This document shows positions 10,100 to 23,043 of a stretch of DNA of 64,000 nt, one piece after another. Position numbers and translations under genes: made by a program. Numbering within the stretch: the first letter of the stretch is position 1; each line of letters opens with the position of its first letter. The stretch comes from Antedon mediterranea. Its lineage: Eukaryota > Animalia > Echinodermata. Location: NCBI RefSeq assembly GCF_964355755.1, contig NC_092670.1:5322201-5386200 (forward strand), written 5' to 3'. Below the pieces are notes generated by a model, which worked only from the letters and a program-made list of their open reading frames with translations, searched no databases and was not told the origin of the DNA.

Positions 10100-11137
10100 G
10101 CAGCTAAAGAGTTTGTGACATACTCTGAAACATTTAGAGAACTTCAGACCTTAAAGACAAGCTGTCACCATGTCTATAATTATGTGGGTGATGTTAATCA
10201 TTTTCATACTGGTAATGTAGAAAGCATTTCCTTTTTCTAATTTTTCTATTCTATTTTTGCGCTTTGGTGGTTTGTTTTGTTTACTTTTTTTCTTTCATTT
10301 TCCACATTTCAATCTTTTTCTATTTTTTAAATCTTTAATTTCTTCTATAGACAAAGAAACTCCAAATTTATGGATGAGTACCGCCGATCTGCACTTATTT
10401 TCTCCCTTTTCCCCAGTTTATTTAATAGTTTCTTTATTGACTTCTTGGGTCACTGGGTGATGATGACATCATGTTTGATCACTTGCTCGAAATAATGTAT
10501 GCGTGTAAGAGACTGAACAAGGGAAACATGCAATCATAAATAATAATTAATATAATTTAATAATGTAAACAATGTAGAACTGCTGTAGAATTTAATATGC
10601 TTATCGTCAATTACATAGTTAGTGAAGTCTACTTATCAGCGTAATTAATAAACAGATCAGAGCTATATAATAATGAAATATATAATAATTAATTAATAAT
10701 AATTAGGTATGAAGGCTTACATGTACTAACTTTAGATATTGCAGATACGAAATGCCATAACATTATGACTAATATTCAGAATAATATTATAGAATTATTA
10801 AGCTACCCATTCGTTAAAAGCGTTCAGTGCAAAATATTTTGAAAACATGGTATCGTAGGTAGAATAAGCTATTAATTAATTAAAGTAAAAATTAGAATTA
10901 GAGTGAAAATATGAAATCTGTAGCACATGATTATATCAATAAATATACAAATCATTGCGAAACGTGTTTTTTGAAAATGTTTAACCAGTTGTAGTTCTTT
11001 TTACTTTGCACTTATTACGCATCGGATGGGAATGTGGACGTGTGAGCGGCATGTAAGCTGAAGTAACTAACAGTTCTTGTAGTTCATTAGGACCCAGTGC
11101 TCACTCGTGTACCAAAAAGAAGGGACTCATAATCGAC

Positions 11138-11530
11138 GATAACTCTTGTCAACGACCACTTCTCTTAATCACCACAGTCTCTCATAAAGGATCCGCTTCT
11201 CATAAATAATAACTACCTGTCGTAAGCAACCACCTCTCTTAAACGACTACAACCTCTTCTAAAGCACACATTTAGACAATTTTCATGTCACATAAAAATT
11301 CAAAAACATAACAATCATTGTTATGTTTTGATTTTTATGAAATGAAAAATATTTAAAATGGCAAATCAACTCAAACCACACAGAAGCACAACGTAGCTTA
11401 TGAGAGGTTGAGGTCGTTTAAGAGAGGTGGCCGCCGGTTATGAGAAGCGGTCCCTTACGAGATGCGGGGTGGTCCTTTAAGACAGGTAGTCTTTTACGAG
11501 CGGTGGTCGTTACAAGAGGTTTTACTACAT
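11138..11530. mobile_element. Degenerate MITE with inverted arrays of sub-terminal repeats (Tc1/pogo-like end GAGGTTTTACT)
   Basis: Left-side ACCACCTCTCTTAAACGAC-type units are mirrored by GTCGTTTAAGAGAGGTGG-type units on the right, around an AT-rich core. Confidence 0.6.
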
Positions 11531-13521
11531 TTAACGGTGGACATTTGCTTCAATATTAGCTGTCGCTTTCTAGATTATCGGTTGTAACACGCGCCTCTCT
11601 ATTGTTTAGAATATCTTATCTGCTGGTGCTGCGATGTGGAAGCAAAACAAAACAAAATGCGCATAAAGGTAACGTCGCCACCTCTTATGGTTAAATTATG
11701 ACGACGATGATGATGACGACTACAACTTGGAAGGGTGTGAGATCTGAAGGGAAGTAGATAGAAAGCAAACATGAGGATTTTAGTCGGACATCTCAACACA
11801 AGGCGAACATTGTAACATTTGTCTTCGGCCATTTCTCTTCCTCGCGAAATCGTTTTCGTGTGTCCGTCGTGTTAACGAATGCTTTGCGGCCGAGTGAATT
11901 TTGCAACTTAAAGGCGATGTTGAAATGCATGTTTTTGTATAAATCGGAAACGCATACGTTCTCGGATCGTCGTCCTTTCGCCAATCTTATTTTAAACTGG
12001 CAGTCTTTGATGTGGCAAATGTTATCGCCCTGTTGACGAGTCGTCGGATTGCATGCTGTTTTGGAAATGAGCTATCCGTTTGTTTGACGGTACCTGAATT
12101 TGTGCACTTCTCCAATTTCTTCTTCAGTGTCTTACTCTCTCCCGATCTGAATGTTTGCATCAACGAATCCTTTCGACAAAGAGGAGAAACGGCAAAGGTT
12201 TTGTTGTTCAGGTCGATCAATTTGAATGCAACGTTTATAGTTTGGATAAAAGAAATAATGACAAAACTGGTTTCGTATTTTATACTTTAGACCTAACATT
12301 CGCCATCGTTTTTTCTCTATGTCGTCATCATCTCCACCTATTTACTCAGGTCAAGGCGTTAATTGGCCAGAATATAAGTAGCGACGCATCGCTATCTTTG
12401 ATAAACTACATCATAAACACAAAGAACTTTACAAATACAAGGCTCAAGTTTATTAAGCATATTCAAACTTTTACCATATCTTATAATATATGATTAGGGA
12501 AGTGTAATTCCACTCTTCCCTGGTATGACGTTCTTTACAATTTATACAATATAATACATATTAATAATAAAATGGAATTGTTTAGTTTGGATATTAACAC
12601 GATTTTGTACCATTACGGATTTCTACAATCTGCATTTTAACTACAGTACTGTATTATGTCCGGTTCCTAATTCAGTTAAAATATGCATAATCACATGTTC
12701 AGAAATCCCAGTAGAGTTAGGTAAATCCTCATTTCTCATGGCTATACAGTACTTGTATTTGTAATATAATGAAATAAGTACATATGTTGTACTTTGTTTA
12801 CAACTTACAGTACAGAATGTACCAGTATAAATTAATACAGTAAAAATGAAAAACTTGCAAGATCAGCAGCATAATTCAGATAGCGCCCTCTATCGACATC
12901 TGGCAAAAATGCTACAGTATTGACATTTTTTATAATACAGTAGTTTTGTACTGAAAATTATATTTGTTCATCTTCACTGAGCTTGCTTTAGGATCACAGC
13001 TGAAAATAATGTAATAAATTATACAATAGCTTTCATTTTATTGGACATTTTTTAAAAGAAGTTAACACAATGGAATATAAAAACTGTTCTTGTAGAAAAT
13101 TACTAGGCTACTCAAAACAGGAGTAGGTGGGAGGTTCAGTTCTTCCCTGCTAAATGTGGCTAGATGAACCAAGAGGTCACCTTGCAGGATAAAGACCATC
13201 AGACCATTAAAATGATGCATCACCAAATGATCAAGATACCACGCATCTCTTCAGTTCAGGTCATCATTTAAAAACATGTTGACAAATGTTTCGAAAATTT
13301 TAAAGAAGCTGTTCAATACTGATTGTTAGTTTGTACAATTTACTAATGGCCAGACAAAATGTCAAAGGACTGAATGAACACTTGCTTCAAAGCCCAATAT
13401 GAGGTGGCAGATCTCTCCATCAATCAATGTAGTGTCTGGGCTAGATGTTGATTAGATGCTAATTGTTGAATCTTCAACAAGCTTCACATAGGCTTACATT
13501 AACATGATTGTTTTAAACCAA

Positions 13522-16294
13522 TCATAGCTTAGTGAGAGTAACAACTTCAAATGAAGGATTTGTGAAACTTGATGCTTCTGCGTTGTCTGGCTTATCACCT
13601 TCAAATGCCAGATTTTCAGCACATTTCATTTCGGTCTTACTTTCCTATAAAAATAAATAATATACAAATAATGAATGAACTAACTGTTTAAAGCTGAACA
13701 TGTGTTTTCATGAAAGTACATTATTGTCATGCAGCGCCCTCTCTATTACAAAAAAACAAACTAAAAATCCAAGGTATTAAGCTAAAAAAGTTATACAAAT
13801 TACTGCCCTTCCTGACCTTTGATCCTAATTCCATGAACACCACATGAATGGGAAGTGATGCCAGTCATGCTAGGCAACTGTAGTAGCATTTTGAAGTGTT
13901 GGTGGAAAGAAAGGAAGAAATGGCTGAAAAAATAGAACCCAGTCAGCAGAACTAGTCGGCTGCTGACTGGGTAAAGAAATGGACTGAAAAAAACAGAACC
14001 CGGTTAGCTGAAGCTGACTGGGTAACAATACCTACTAACCTTAGGAAGTTCAATGTGCATACTCATAAATTCCAGAGGTACATTGTTTTCTTGCCAAGAC
14101 TTAGGACGGTCATTCTTCTCTCCATTCTTAATCAATTCAATACTTGGTTTAGTAGTGTCTGGTGTCATTTTAGCTTTGTACCATATATTTGTTAAAACTG
14201 AAATGAAAAAAAATGAATATTAATATAGTTGACAGATCATTGGCACATTGGCATTAACTAATATAACTGAGCTTCTTGCATACAGTCCCACCTATAAAAA
14301 AACACATTTATTAATTTTAATATTATTTGGTATGTTTAAATCAACAGGAAAAAAAATGTATCGTGCATAAAAAAAACATAATTCTTGGCCTTCAAATGCT
14401 CTAACCAGCCAGTAAAAAAAATGTATCATGCATAAAAAAAACCAAGAATTCTTGGCTTTCAAATGCTCTAACCAGCCAGTAAAAAAAATGTATCATGCAT
14501 AAAAAAAAACCCAGAATTCTAGGCTTTTAAATGCTCTACACAGCCAGTAAAAAATGTATCATTGGTATATGGAATGCAAGGTGAATTTATACTCACATAT
14601 TAAAAATATTGTAAGGAATGTACCAAGAAAGACGGCAAACCACTGAGGTATACTGAGAAGTGGCTCCCTGGCACTACTACTACTGCTAGCTGTTCCCTTT
14701 ATTTCAGTAGGCTTTGTTTCTTCAGTGGTTTTTATTGGTAAAAATGGTTTTGTTGTTTTAATAGGAGGTTCAGTGGCTACTTTTGTAGTAGACAACGCTA
14801 CTTTTTCTGTGGATTGAGGATTCTGTACTGTAGTGAGAGACTTGGATGTTTTGGTGGTTGTACCAGCAATTGTTGTTTTCCCATTTATTGTCGTTGAATT
14901 GGAATGTGTAGACGGATGTGGTTGTTCACTTAATGTTGTTACTAGAGGATGAGGTGTAGTCCTTTCTTGTGTTGATTGTCCACTTGGTGTCGTTATTTGA
15001 GAACCAGTGGTTGTTCTTTTCAATGAAGTTGTTTCCATATTTAGAGTAGTCTCTTGAGAATCAAGGGTTGTTCTTCCTTTTGATGAAGTAAGTTCTGTTG
15101 ATTCAATATTTGATTCTGTCGTTTTATCAGTAGATCCCTGAATATTAGTTGTTTCAAAAATGGTTGTTGCAGAGTTTGGAATGGTGCTGACTATTGCACT
15201 TTTACTGGAAGGAATTAAAGTTGTTGGCAGAATTGAACTGGAAGGCTTTCTTGTGGATGCTGGTGCAAAAGATGTCAGTCCATCAATGGCTGCGGAAGTT
15301 AGTGATGTATGCACCAAATCAGATGTTTTAATGTCTGTTGTTAAGATATCAGGTGTTGTTTGGGACTGTGCCATGGGTATGAGCAAAGATACGAGAAAGA
15401 CTAGAAGAAAAAAAACCCAAAAATGTTATACTTTGTTACTATACTTTATATTTTTTATAGTATACTTTCATTGATAAAACAAAACCTAAAACATGCAAAA
15501 AACTTTCTCTTTTTATTGTTTTGAATAGTAATTAGTATACAACAAAGTATTAAAAAATTAGTCTTTCACTCAGTTCCACTATACATAAATACTAACTGTA
15601 CATGTAGGTGTTCAGTAATAACATTACAACATTTGCAATTTTCAAACGTCTCACTATCCAACAGATAGAGGGCAACAAATATTAGTTGGTTTGTCTTGTG
15701 TATTTTAGTATTTTTCATCATTATTGGTTATTCTTAAAATCACCCAACCAATTATTTTATTTTTCAGATTGTTGACAACTTCAAAAAATTCACCATATTT
15801 TTCTTATAACCCAGCAGGGGTTGGAAGGTCTCATATAGCCAGTTGTATTGTTAGTGGATTTAATATTTCAGCATGCAACTATTAATACATTAACACTGAC
15901 AGGAAAACAAGAATTAGCTATATAGGTATAAAACATTCTAAAATCTTTCATTTTTTAAAACAAGATTGGTCCAAGTATTTATCCTCACTCATGCTAACTA
16001 GATGGTTTTCTTTTTTGCCTCATCCTCTCTTGATGGAACGTAAAGCTGCTGAACTGATGTACATAATTAAATGCACAATAAAAGAACTATGCTGGATAGT
16101 TTCTGGATTTGCTGACAACGTGATACATATTTCCCCACTCTATAAACTAAGGACGAATACACTTACTGTACAATTTGTAGAATATCTCAATGTTTTATAT
16201 AAATAATGATTTAAGTTTAAAAGGACATACAGTATTACATGAAACAGCAAGTAATAATCTAATTATTCTACTTACCAATTAATATGTTAATCAT
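13522..16294 (-). CDS. Mucin-like type I single-pass membrane protein of about 367 aa (podocalyxin/CD34/endomucin-like architecture)
   Basis: Exons 16294-16276, 15400-14597, 14197-14040 and 13644-13522 join in frame (phases 1, 1, 0). Signal peptide MINILIVFLVSLLIPMAQS, Thr/Ser/Pro-rich ectodomain, TM WFAVFLGTFLTIFLIFLTNIW, and a cytoplasmic tail ending NPSFEVVTLTKL*. Confidence 0.88.
14348..14560. repeat. Intronic minisatellite, about 66-bp unit x3
   Basis: AAAAAATGTATCATGCATAAAAAAA...AATTCTTGGC.TTCAAATGCTCTAACCAGCCAGT repeated three times. Confidence 0.85.
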
Positions 16295-16714
16295 GATGTC
16301 TTAAGAACAACTAACACAAAGATTATATTAAATTCCAAGCTTTTAGATCATAAATAACAAACTTTAAATTTTCTTCTCTAATGTACCCTACTAAACCAGA
16401 GAATTAGTGAAAGTGGAATGAACATTGCTAGACCAACATGAGACAAGCACAGCAAACCACTTTATACTCAACTCATAGTCTCTGCCCATGTATTGTAGTT
16501 GCATGGACACTGATTGGCTGGCTGCTATATGATTGGCAGGTTTAGGTTCATTGACTTCAGATGTTTATTCATTATAATATTTATGGTCAGTAATATAGTG
16601 CAATAAATAAAAGGCATTGTGTAGTAGGTCTACTGTCAGTACAATACTGTATGTACTTTGACATACATACTGTACACAACAATATAAGAATATCAATTTT
16701 AAACAACCATCTAA

Positions 16715-17368
16715 GACCCCATTTACACTTACGATTTAGGCCGGCCCTGGGTCGGCCCTGGGTCGGCAATTGATAAGTGTAAATACTCCAAAAAGTTAGG
16801 CCGGCCCTGGGCCGGACGCAGATCTGGGCCACCTCTCCAGGTAGGTTCAGGAGCGGCTTTTACGTTTGGGCCGGCTTACGCAGTGAACCGTGAACAACAT
16901 TTGACCTTTTTATGAGGTTGTTGTTATGACGATCTGACATTTTCAGTACATACCTTCCTCCTTTTCGGGCGACAATTTGTTTTCTTCATCATTTATATAG
17001 TTAAATTTATTTTCAGACATCTTCTTTCAATAAAGTATTCCTCCGCTTGTTTCGCATATACATAAAATACAGCCATATTATATATAAAACAGTGGGGTTC
17101 ATTTTGTTTTTAATGGGACAAAAAAACAACAATACAGTATAAATATAAAACGGTCGGTTCGCGCGGAGAGTTGAATTGACGATCGAGAGAGAAAAAATGT
17201 AAACAAACTGTACTTTGTATCCCAGCATGCAATGGTACTTCCGATAAAATTATTTACGACCAGTAATCTGCGTCGCTAGTGTAAACGCTCTGGGGCCGGC
17301 CTAAAAGATAAATATTTGCAACCGGCCCAGGACCGGCCCTGGACCCAAACGTAAGTGTAAATGGGGTC
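16715..17368. mobile_element. PIF/Harbinger-type MITE
   Basis: Perfect 19-bp TIR GACCCCATTTACACTTACG / CGTAAGTGTAAATGGGGTC, TAA TSD on both sides, GGCCGGCCC sub-terminal repeats. Confidence 0.9.
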
Positions 17369-18302
17369 TAAGATTTGAAAAAAATGTATGATGGAGTTTA
17401 TAAAGTTTGATTTTTCATTTCATTTCATTTATTTTGTCTCAGATATAAAAAAACAAACAAACAAACAATAGAGAGGGACAGGATTCCCAAAAGCGAACTA
17501 AATCAAACTATCAAGTGGGTCTCCAAAACAAAACATAATCATCCAACAAAGAAATATAAAATTACAACATTCATTTAATATCTTCAGCTACAGTATTGTG
17601 ACATACCAAATATGAGCATATGATTCCATTTACACATATAGAACGTTTAATTTTGCAAGTTTGACGATGCAAGATTCAATTGTTTTTACTGAACACAATC
17701 ATTAAATAGCTAGACTAGGGCATTTCAAGCTTATGTCTGCCTACAGTTAAATTCTGCTACAAAAAAAATGTCCTCCCGAAAATATTTTGTGATTACCACT
17801 GTATTAATATTAATAATATTGATAGTACTTTGTATGATTTGGCTTAATTGCATTACCCTGTGTATAGGAGTTTGGTGTAAAGAGATACGTTCTTCCCATT
17901 GTTGTCCACTTTCTTTAATAATGATTTGAAGTCACATTTTTAAATTTCATATACCAGTATTCTATTAGCATAGATCCATGGTATTAGTAACTCTAGTTTA
18001 TTTAATCTTGTTTATTTTGTTGTTCAATGAAAATTTTGTAAACAAGACCTCCATTTTGTACTGCATAAACATAAGAACCAAGTATATTTTTTCCAAAGTC
18101 GGTTGAAGCTCTTTTGAAAGTTTATTGATTTGAAATAATTGTAAATTATTCATGAATATCACGATCACTGTGCAACTTTTAACTACAACACAAAATAACG
18201 ATTATTTGATTGTCAGCTATATAATAGTAGTATCTTGAAAGATTGCATTTTGGCTAATGTTAACATTCAATGACCAACTGTTAATTTAAACAGTTATTTG
18301 GG

Positions 18303-19368
18303 GGGTGTCACGAAACCTAAGACCACGAAAGCTAAGATCCCCTAAGACCTAAGATCACGAAAGCTAAGACCCAAGAACTAAGATTACATATTCTAAGATA
18401 TACTACAGCTTAAAAACAATACTTGTTTATCCATACATAATTTTAAACATAGTAGGTTTCATTTAATACCACAAATAAAATTAAATACTACCGCAAAACA
18501 TAGATAAACTCACGTTATTTTCGCCCGTTGAGTAAATGTATATTTTTTCTTTACAACAAACAAACTTGACGGGTTGTTTGTTGGTATATATTTACTCCAT
18601 TGTGTTGGTTCAGAGGATGTTTTTCTTTCGCACCTGCCTTTCTTGTATTTTGACTCCAAATGTGTTAACTAACTTTATCCTGAATACCACACTTTAAAAT
18701 TAGGACTTATAAGTACTTTCAGAAGGAGAAACACATAAAAACAAATAAATAAATCCTTTAAATTGATGATTTTACAGACGTGTTTCTTTGTATACTGTAA
18801 CTCCTCATGCTCAATGTTTTTGTTTCTATGGAGCGCCAAAAGAGCAACAATAATAGTAGAAGTATAAAAACAGAAAGAAAACGAAACAAAAAAACTAATA
18901 TTATCATGATTTTTAAATTAAATTTTATTTGCGAGTATTTATTTCTTCGTACTAGCATGATATATATACTATTATCATTACAATTTTAATTTTACATTGT
19001 TCCATCCACACTGTAGATGGTCTCCACAGAGTTTTCAGCTCTTTTGACGTTCCATAGAAACAAAAACATTGAACATGGGGTAGGCCTACTGTACTGTTAG
19101 GCTAGTCATGCAAAATTCGCAAACAGTATGTGTGCGAGAAAAACGTCTGTAAAATCATCAATTTAAAAATGTATTTGTTACTTTTTATGTGATTCTTTTT
19201 CATAAAAGTGCTAATTCTAAGGTGTGGTATTCAGATTCATGTTGGGAGTTAAAATACAAGGCAGGTGCTAAAGATAAATATTTGTAATCTTAGTTCTTGG
19301 TTCTTAGCTTTCGTGATCTTAGGTCTTAGGGGGTCTTAGCTTTCGTGGTCTTAGGTTTCGTGACACCC
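18303..19368. mobile_element. Mutator-like/foldback non-autonomous DNA transposon
   Basis: About 85-bp near-perfect TIRs starting GGGTGTCACGAAACCTAAGACC with internal CTAAGA repeats. A 10-bp TSD GTTATTTGGG (18293-18302, 19369-19378). Further internal inverted arms at about 18630-18845 and 19038-19270. Confidence 0.9.
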
Positions 19369-21414
19369 GTTATTTGGGAGCACAAATTTAGCAGAAATTT
19401 GGTCAGTTGAAGTAATTATTTTATTGAAATTTATTCAGAGGTTTATGCTTAAAAAAGTGTTGTTTTTTAGCCTTAATAAAAACAGAGACAGAAAAAATGT
19501 AAGTTCAGATAACTATCAATGTAACAAATAATATCCACCAACAGGTGTTAAGTTAAGTTGAGTCCAAGGAGAATGTAAATCATTATAAAATAATAAAGTA
19601 CAAGAGTCAAGATGCTGGTAATGCAATAGGCACTGTAATTAATACTCACCTGTTGTTAATATACTGTTGCCATAGAGACATCCTTAATACAACAGGTTGT
19701 TACCCAATGGGAGCAATAATCATGTTCAACTTTGTACAGACTACAGTTCATTTCCTACCTGAACTACACTTTTTTAGGATACAGTACTTTCGCAAAAATA
19801 CAAAAAACAAAAAAAAAAAACCAACAAAAAATGTAAGATTGATATTTGTTTATAACATTTAGAAAATCCTGTCTGTTTTTTCCATTACAACGAAATAATT
19901 TATATGATAGCAGGATGTACTGTATGATACATTGATAGTGACATTGAGAAAATCACTTTCATATTGTGGTAATGATCATTGTAGTGTAATAGTCAGAACA
20001 CTAGTCTGATACCTGTAGTTTCATCAACTTTGTAAACACTGTATTGTTATCCTAGAAGGACTAACATTTTTAGAACACTCAAATCCACCAAAGAAAAAAA
20101 AAACAAACCTGTCTTACAATTACATGAAATACAAAAGATTACATATTCACTTCCATGATCTTAATTATGATCAACAAAGATCATGTTGCAGACTAATTGT
20201 TACTATTAAAAATAAAGCAAGTTTGGTGCTTGCCACTGTAATGACAACATTATTCACAGAGTACAGTTAGGCAAATGTGCATGCTGTTTGATAATTTGGT
20301 ATCAAATTAAGACTGGATTGCATTTTAAACAGAAAAGAAATCATATTGAAAACTCAAAAACAAGTATTGCAAATTAATTAGAGTTACTGGTGTTTTTCTT
20401 TTCTTCCTTCCTTTTTTTCTTATTGGTAATAGTAATACTGTACTAGAATCCATATTTTTCCAAAAAAAATTCCTAACAAATACAATTGTTTAAACTGTCT
20501 TTCTTTCTTACAAATATCAATGCACTTAATCTGTAAATGTTTCAGGGACATAACAATTTTTTTTAATTTGTGTAATTTATCCAAATCAGGAAATCGTACT
20601 GGGTTTTTCTGAACGCCTCAACAGTACAAAATACATACTGTAGCCCTGGTCTTAAAGATGTCAATTGAAACCCCTGCTGTTGTATGGATACCAGCAGCTT
20701 AAATACAGGAGCCTAGAATTTACCACAAACTGTTTATTTTGTGAATTTATATGAACATTCTGGATATGACTGAAAATTATTATTTTGAATATGAATGTAC
20801 TGTGGACTTTGCTCTACAATTACTAATTACTATTATTATTACCTCTATTATTACCCTATTACCTTATTACTGTATTATCGATTAAACATTTAATATTTTT
20901 ATATCGTTTTCATTCTTTGAAAGGAAGCGAATTGTTGATTTGATTGTCTGACATGAACTTTATACAGAGAGAACTGAGCAGCACAAGTGCAATTATTGGT
21001 TGACTGGCTTCACTGGATCTCTCAGCTGGATGAAAGAATGTCAATTGAGAGATTCCCTCAGGAGGTAAACTTTACACTGACACTGACACACCAGTAAAAA
21101 TTCACCATGGTCCATGTAGTTCAAAATATGCTTTTTAGTAAGTAGAGAGTGCTGTTATTTACTATACAATACAGTACAGCAGTTTTAGAACATACTGTAC
21201 TAACATACTATAGAATTTGAATAACCAATTTAATAACAATTAATAGGAAATGACTACAACACGAAAATTATTGTTAAAATTTGATTTTAAACATCTGATT
21301 ACTGTATATTATTCTCAAGAATGTACAATATAGCCAATAAAATTCAAATAAAACCAAGATGATACAGTATGCCTTATTTTTGTATTTATGTTTCATTTTC
21401 ATACCCAGGATATA

Positions 21415-21508
21415 TAATTCCCTTACCCACCTCGTATATAAACCCCTCCCTCGAATAAATTCCCTTACCCACCTCGTATATAAACCCCTCCCTCGAATAA
21501 ATTCCCTT
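21415..21508. repeat. Tandem duplication, 42-bp unit x2.2
   Basis: AATTCCCTTACCCACCTCGTATATAAACCCCTCCCTCGAATA repeated perfectly. Confidence 0.9.
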
Positions 21509-21847
21509 CGTCCTGAACAATAACTTCCCTGTTAGTGTTAGGCATTTATTCAAATAAATGTATAGCACATATCAAGTATTTTCTAGATTTTCTAGGAATC
21601 TAAAATATGCAATAGAGGCACACACACATGACAAACAAGTGCTTCCGGGGTTTTCTCCATCCTATGTGTGGTGGTAATTCGTTTCATGATGCACTCAAAG
21701 CATCTACAATGCAGAAAATCATTGAAAGAAATCAGAGAAATTAATTTAAGACTCTACATACTGTAGATTTTCTCTAGCCTCAGTGAAAGCAAGTTTAAAG
21801 CCGGCTTTTCACTAGGCAAATTTATTTGCATGAATTGAATAGTATTA

Positions 21848-22661
21848 AGGCCTGTTTCTATAGAGCAGAGAATATGGTATTGAATACCGTTCTTTTCAAG
21901 AACCATTTTTTCTTGCCAGCAGAAATGGGTCCCCACAAAAAACCCCAAAAAAGAACCAATCTTAAAAACGGTTTCAAAAACCCCAATTGATTGCGGTCTC
22001 GATCGCAAAGAACCGTTCTGAAACCAGTTTCCGCGGAGCAATTTTTAGCTGCAACACAATCGCGGTCTCAATTTGACCCCAAAAACTGAACTCTGCAGTC
22101 TGCTGCACTGGGACGATTGCGGTCAACTCGCAGTCAAACCCGCGCGATAGGACCTAGGTCTAAGTCATTGTTATTTCTCTAGATAGTGAGTATTTTATTT
22201 AACTAAAAAATGTTGACCGATGCCATTACGAGGTTCGTAAAAAATATGTGAAGGGAAGAAGATGAGGGGACTTGTCGGGAGTCAGAAGAAAGACTCACGT
22301 AGGCCTAGGCCTACATGTTTTTAAGAATATTGTAAAGCGAGTTCAACTTGACAATATCAGAGGGTGCGACGTACCTATACTTTAACCAAGGACCACGATA
22401 ACGTTGTTATTCCCCCTTCTATGATGAAATGGATGCTATTTCTTGGGGATCGAGCTATGCGAAAAAAAGTAAACATGACCTCGATCCAATCGCGCTTCCG
22501 CCTAACGAACTGCATTGTGGTGTATATAATGAACGCACATGGACCGAACCGGTTTTATTGGAACAAAAATTGAGCTGCAACGCGATCTTTATTTATAAAC
22601 AACAGCCGAAACCGGTTTCCAAAAAACCGTTCTTTTTTTATTTTTCAATAGAAACAGGCCC
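21848..22661. mobile_element. PIF/Harbinger-type MITE
   Basis: TIR GGCCTGTTTCTAT / ATAGAAACAGGCC, TTA TSD on both sides, repeated AACCG(G)TT sub-terminal motifs. Confidence 0.85.
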
Positions 22662-22729
22662 TTAGACTAATGTCGACGCGTATTATATCAAATCAGAACT
22701 CAGGAATGTTTGAAAAGGGTATTGCTAAA

Positions 22730-23043
22730 TAATAATAATAATACCACATTTATATAGCGCCCTTTTCATGAGTAATCATGCTCAAAGGCGCTTTACAAGC
22801 ATTACCCCAGTATTTTTTGGGATCAAACACGTATGGAAACATACTCCCATAATGCAGCCGGTAACCAGCGCAAAGTTGTGTCTAGATCTAACTGGGTACC
22901 CATTTATACACCTGGGTGGAGAGAGGTAACGTAAGTAAAGCATCTTGCCTACGGATACAAGCAATGCGGCGAGAGTTGGATTCGAACCTAGGTCTGACGA
23001 TCGGTAGTCCAACGTCCAACACACTGCGGCACACGCCCTCACG
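22730..23043 (-). mobile_element. tRNA-derived SINE with MetaSINE-like core and L2-type tail
   Basis: Minus strand: B-box GGTTCGAATCC, core CTCTCCACCCAGGTGTATAAATGGGTACC, tail GTAAAGCGCC...GGCGCTATATAAAT followed by (TAT)n. A second copy lies at 41443-43449. Confidence 0.85.

Noticed and set aside
15160-15474. 104-aa hydrophobic plus-strand ORF
   Set aside because: Antisense shadow of the Thr/Ser-rich mucin exon.
20924-21064. Exon-like GC-richer segment bounded by AG and GT
   Set aside because: Stops in all three plus-strand frames and no partner exons identified.
22960-23043. tRNA gene (also about 43380-43449, 24975-25030, 50625-50690)
   Set aside because: B-box-containing heads of SINEs or other elements; no intact cloverleaf.
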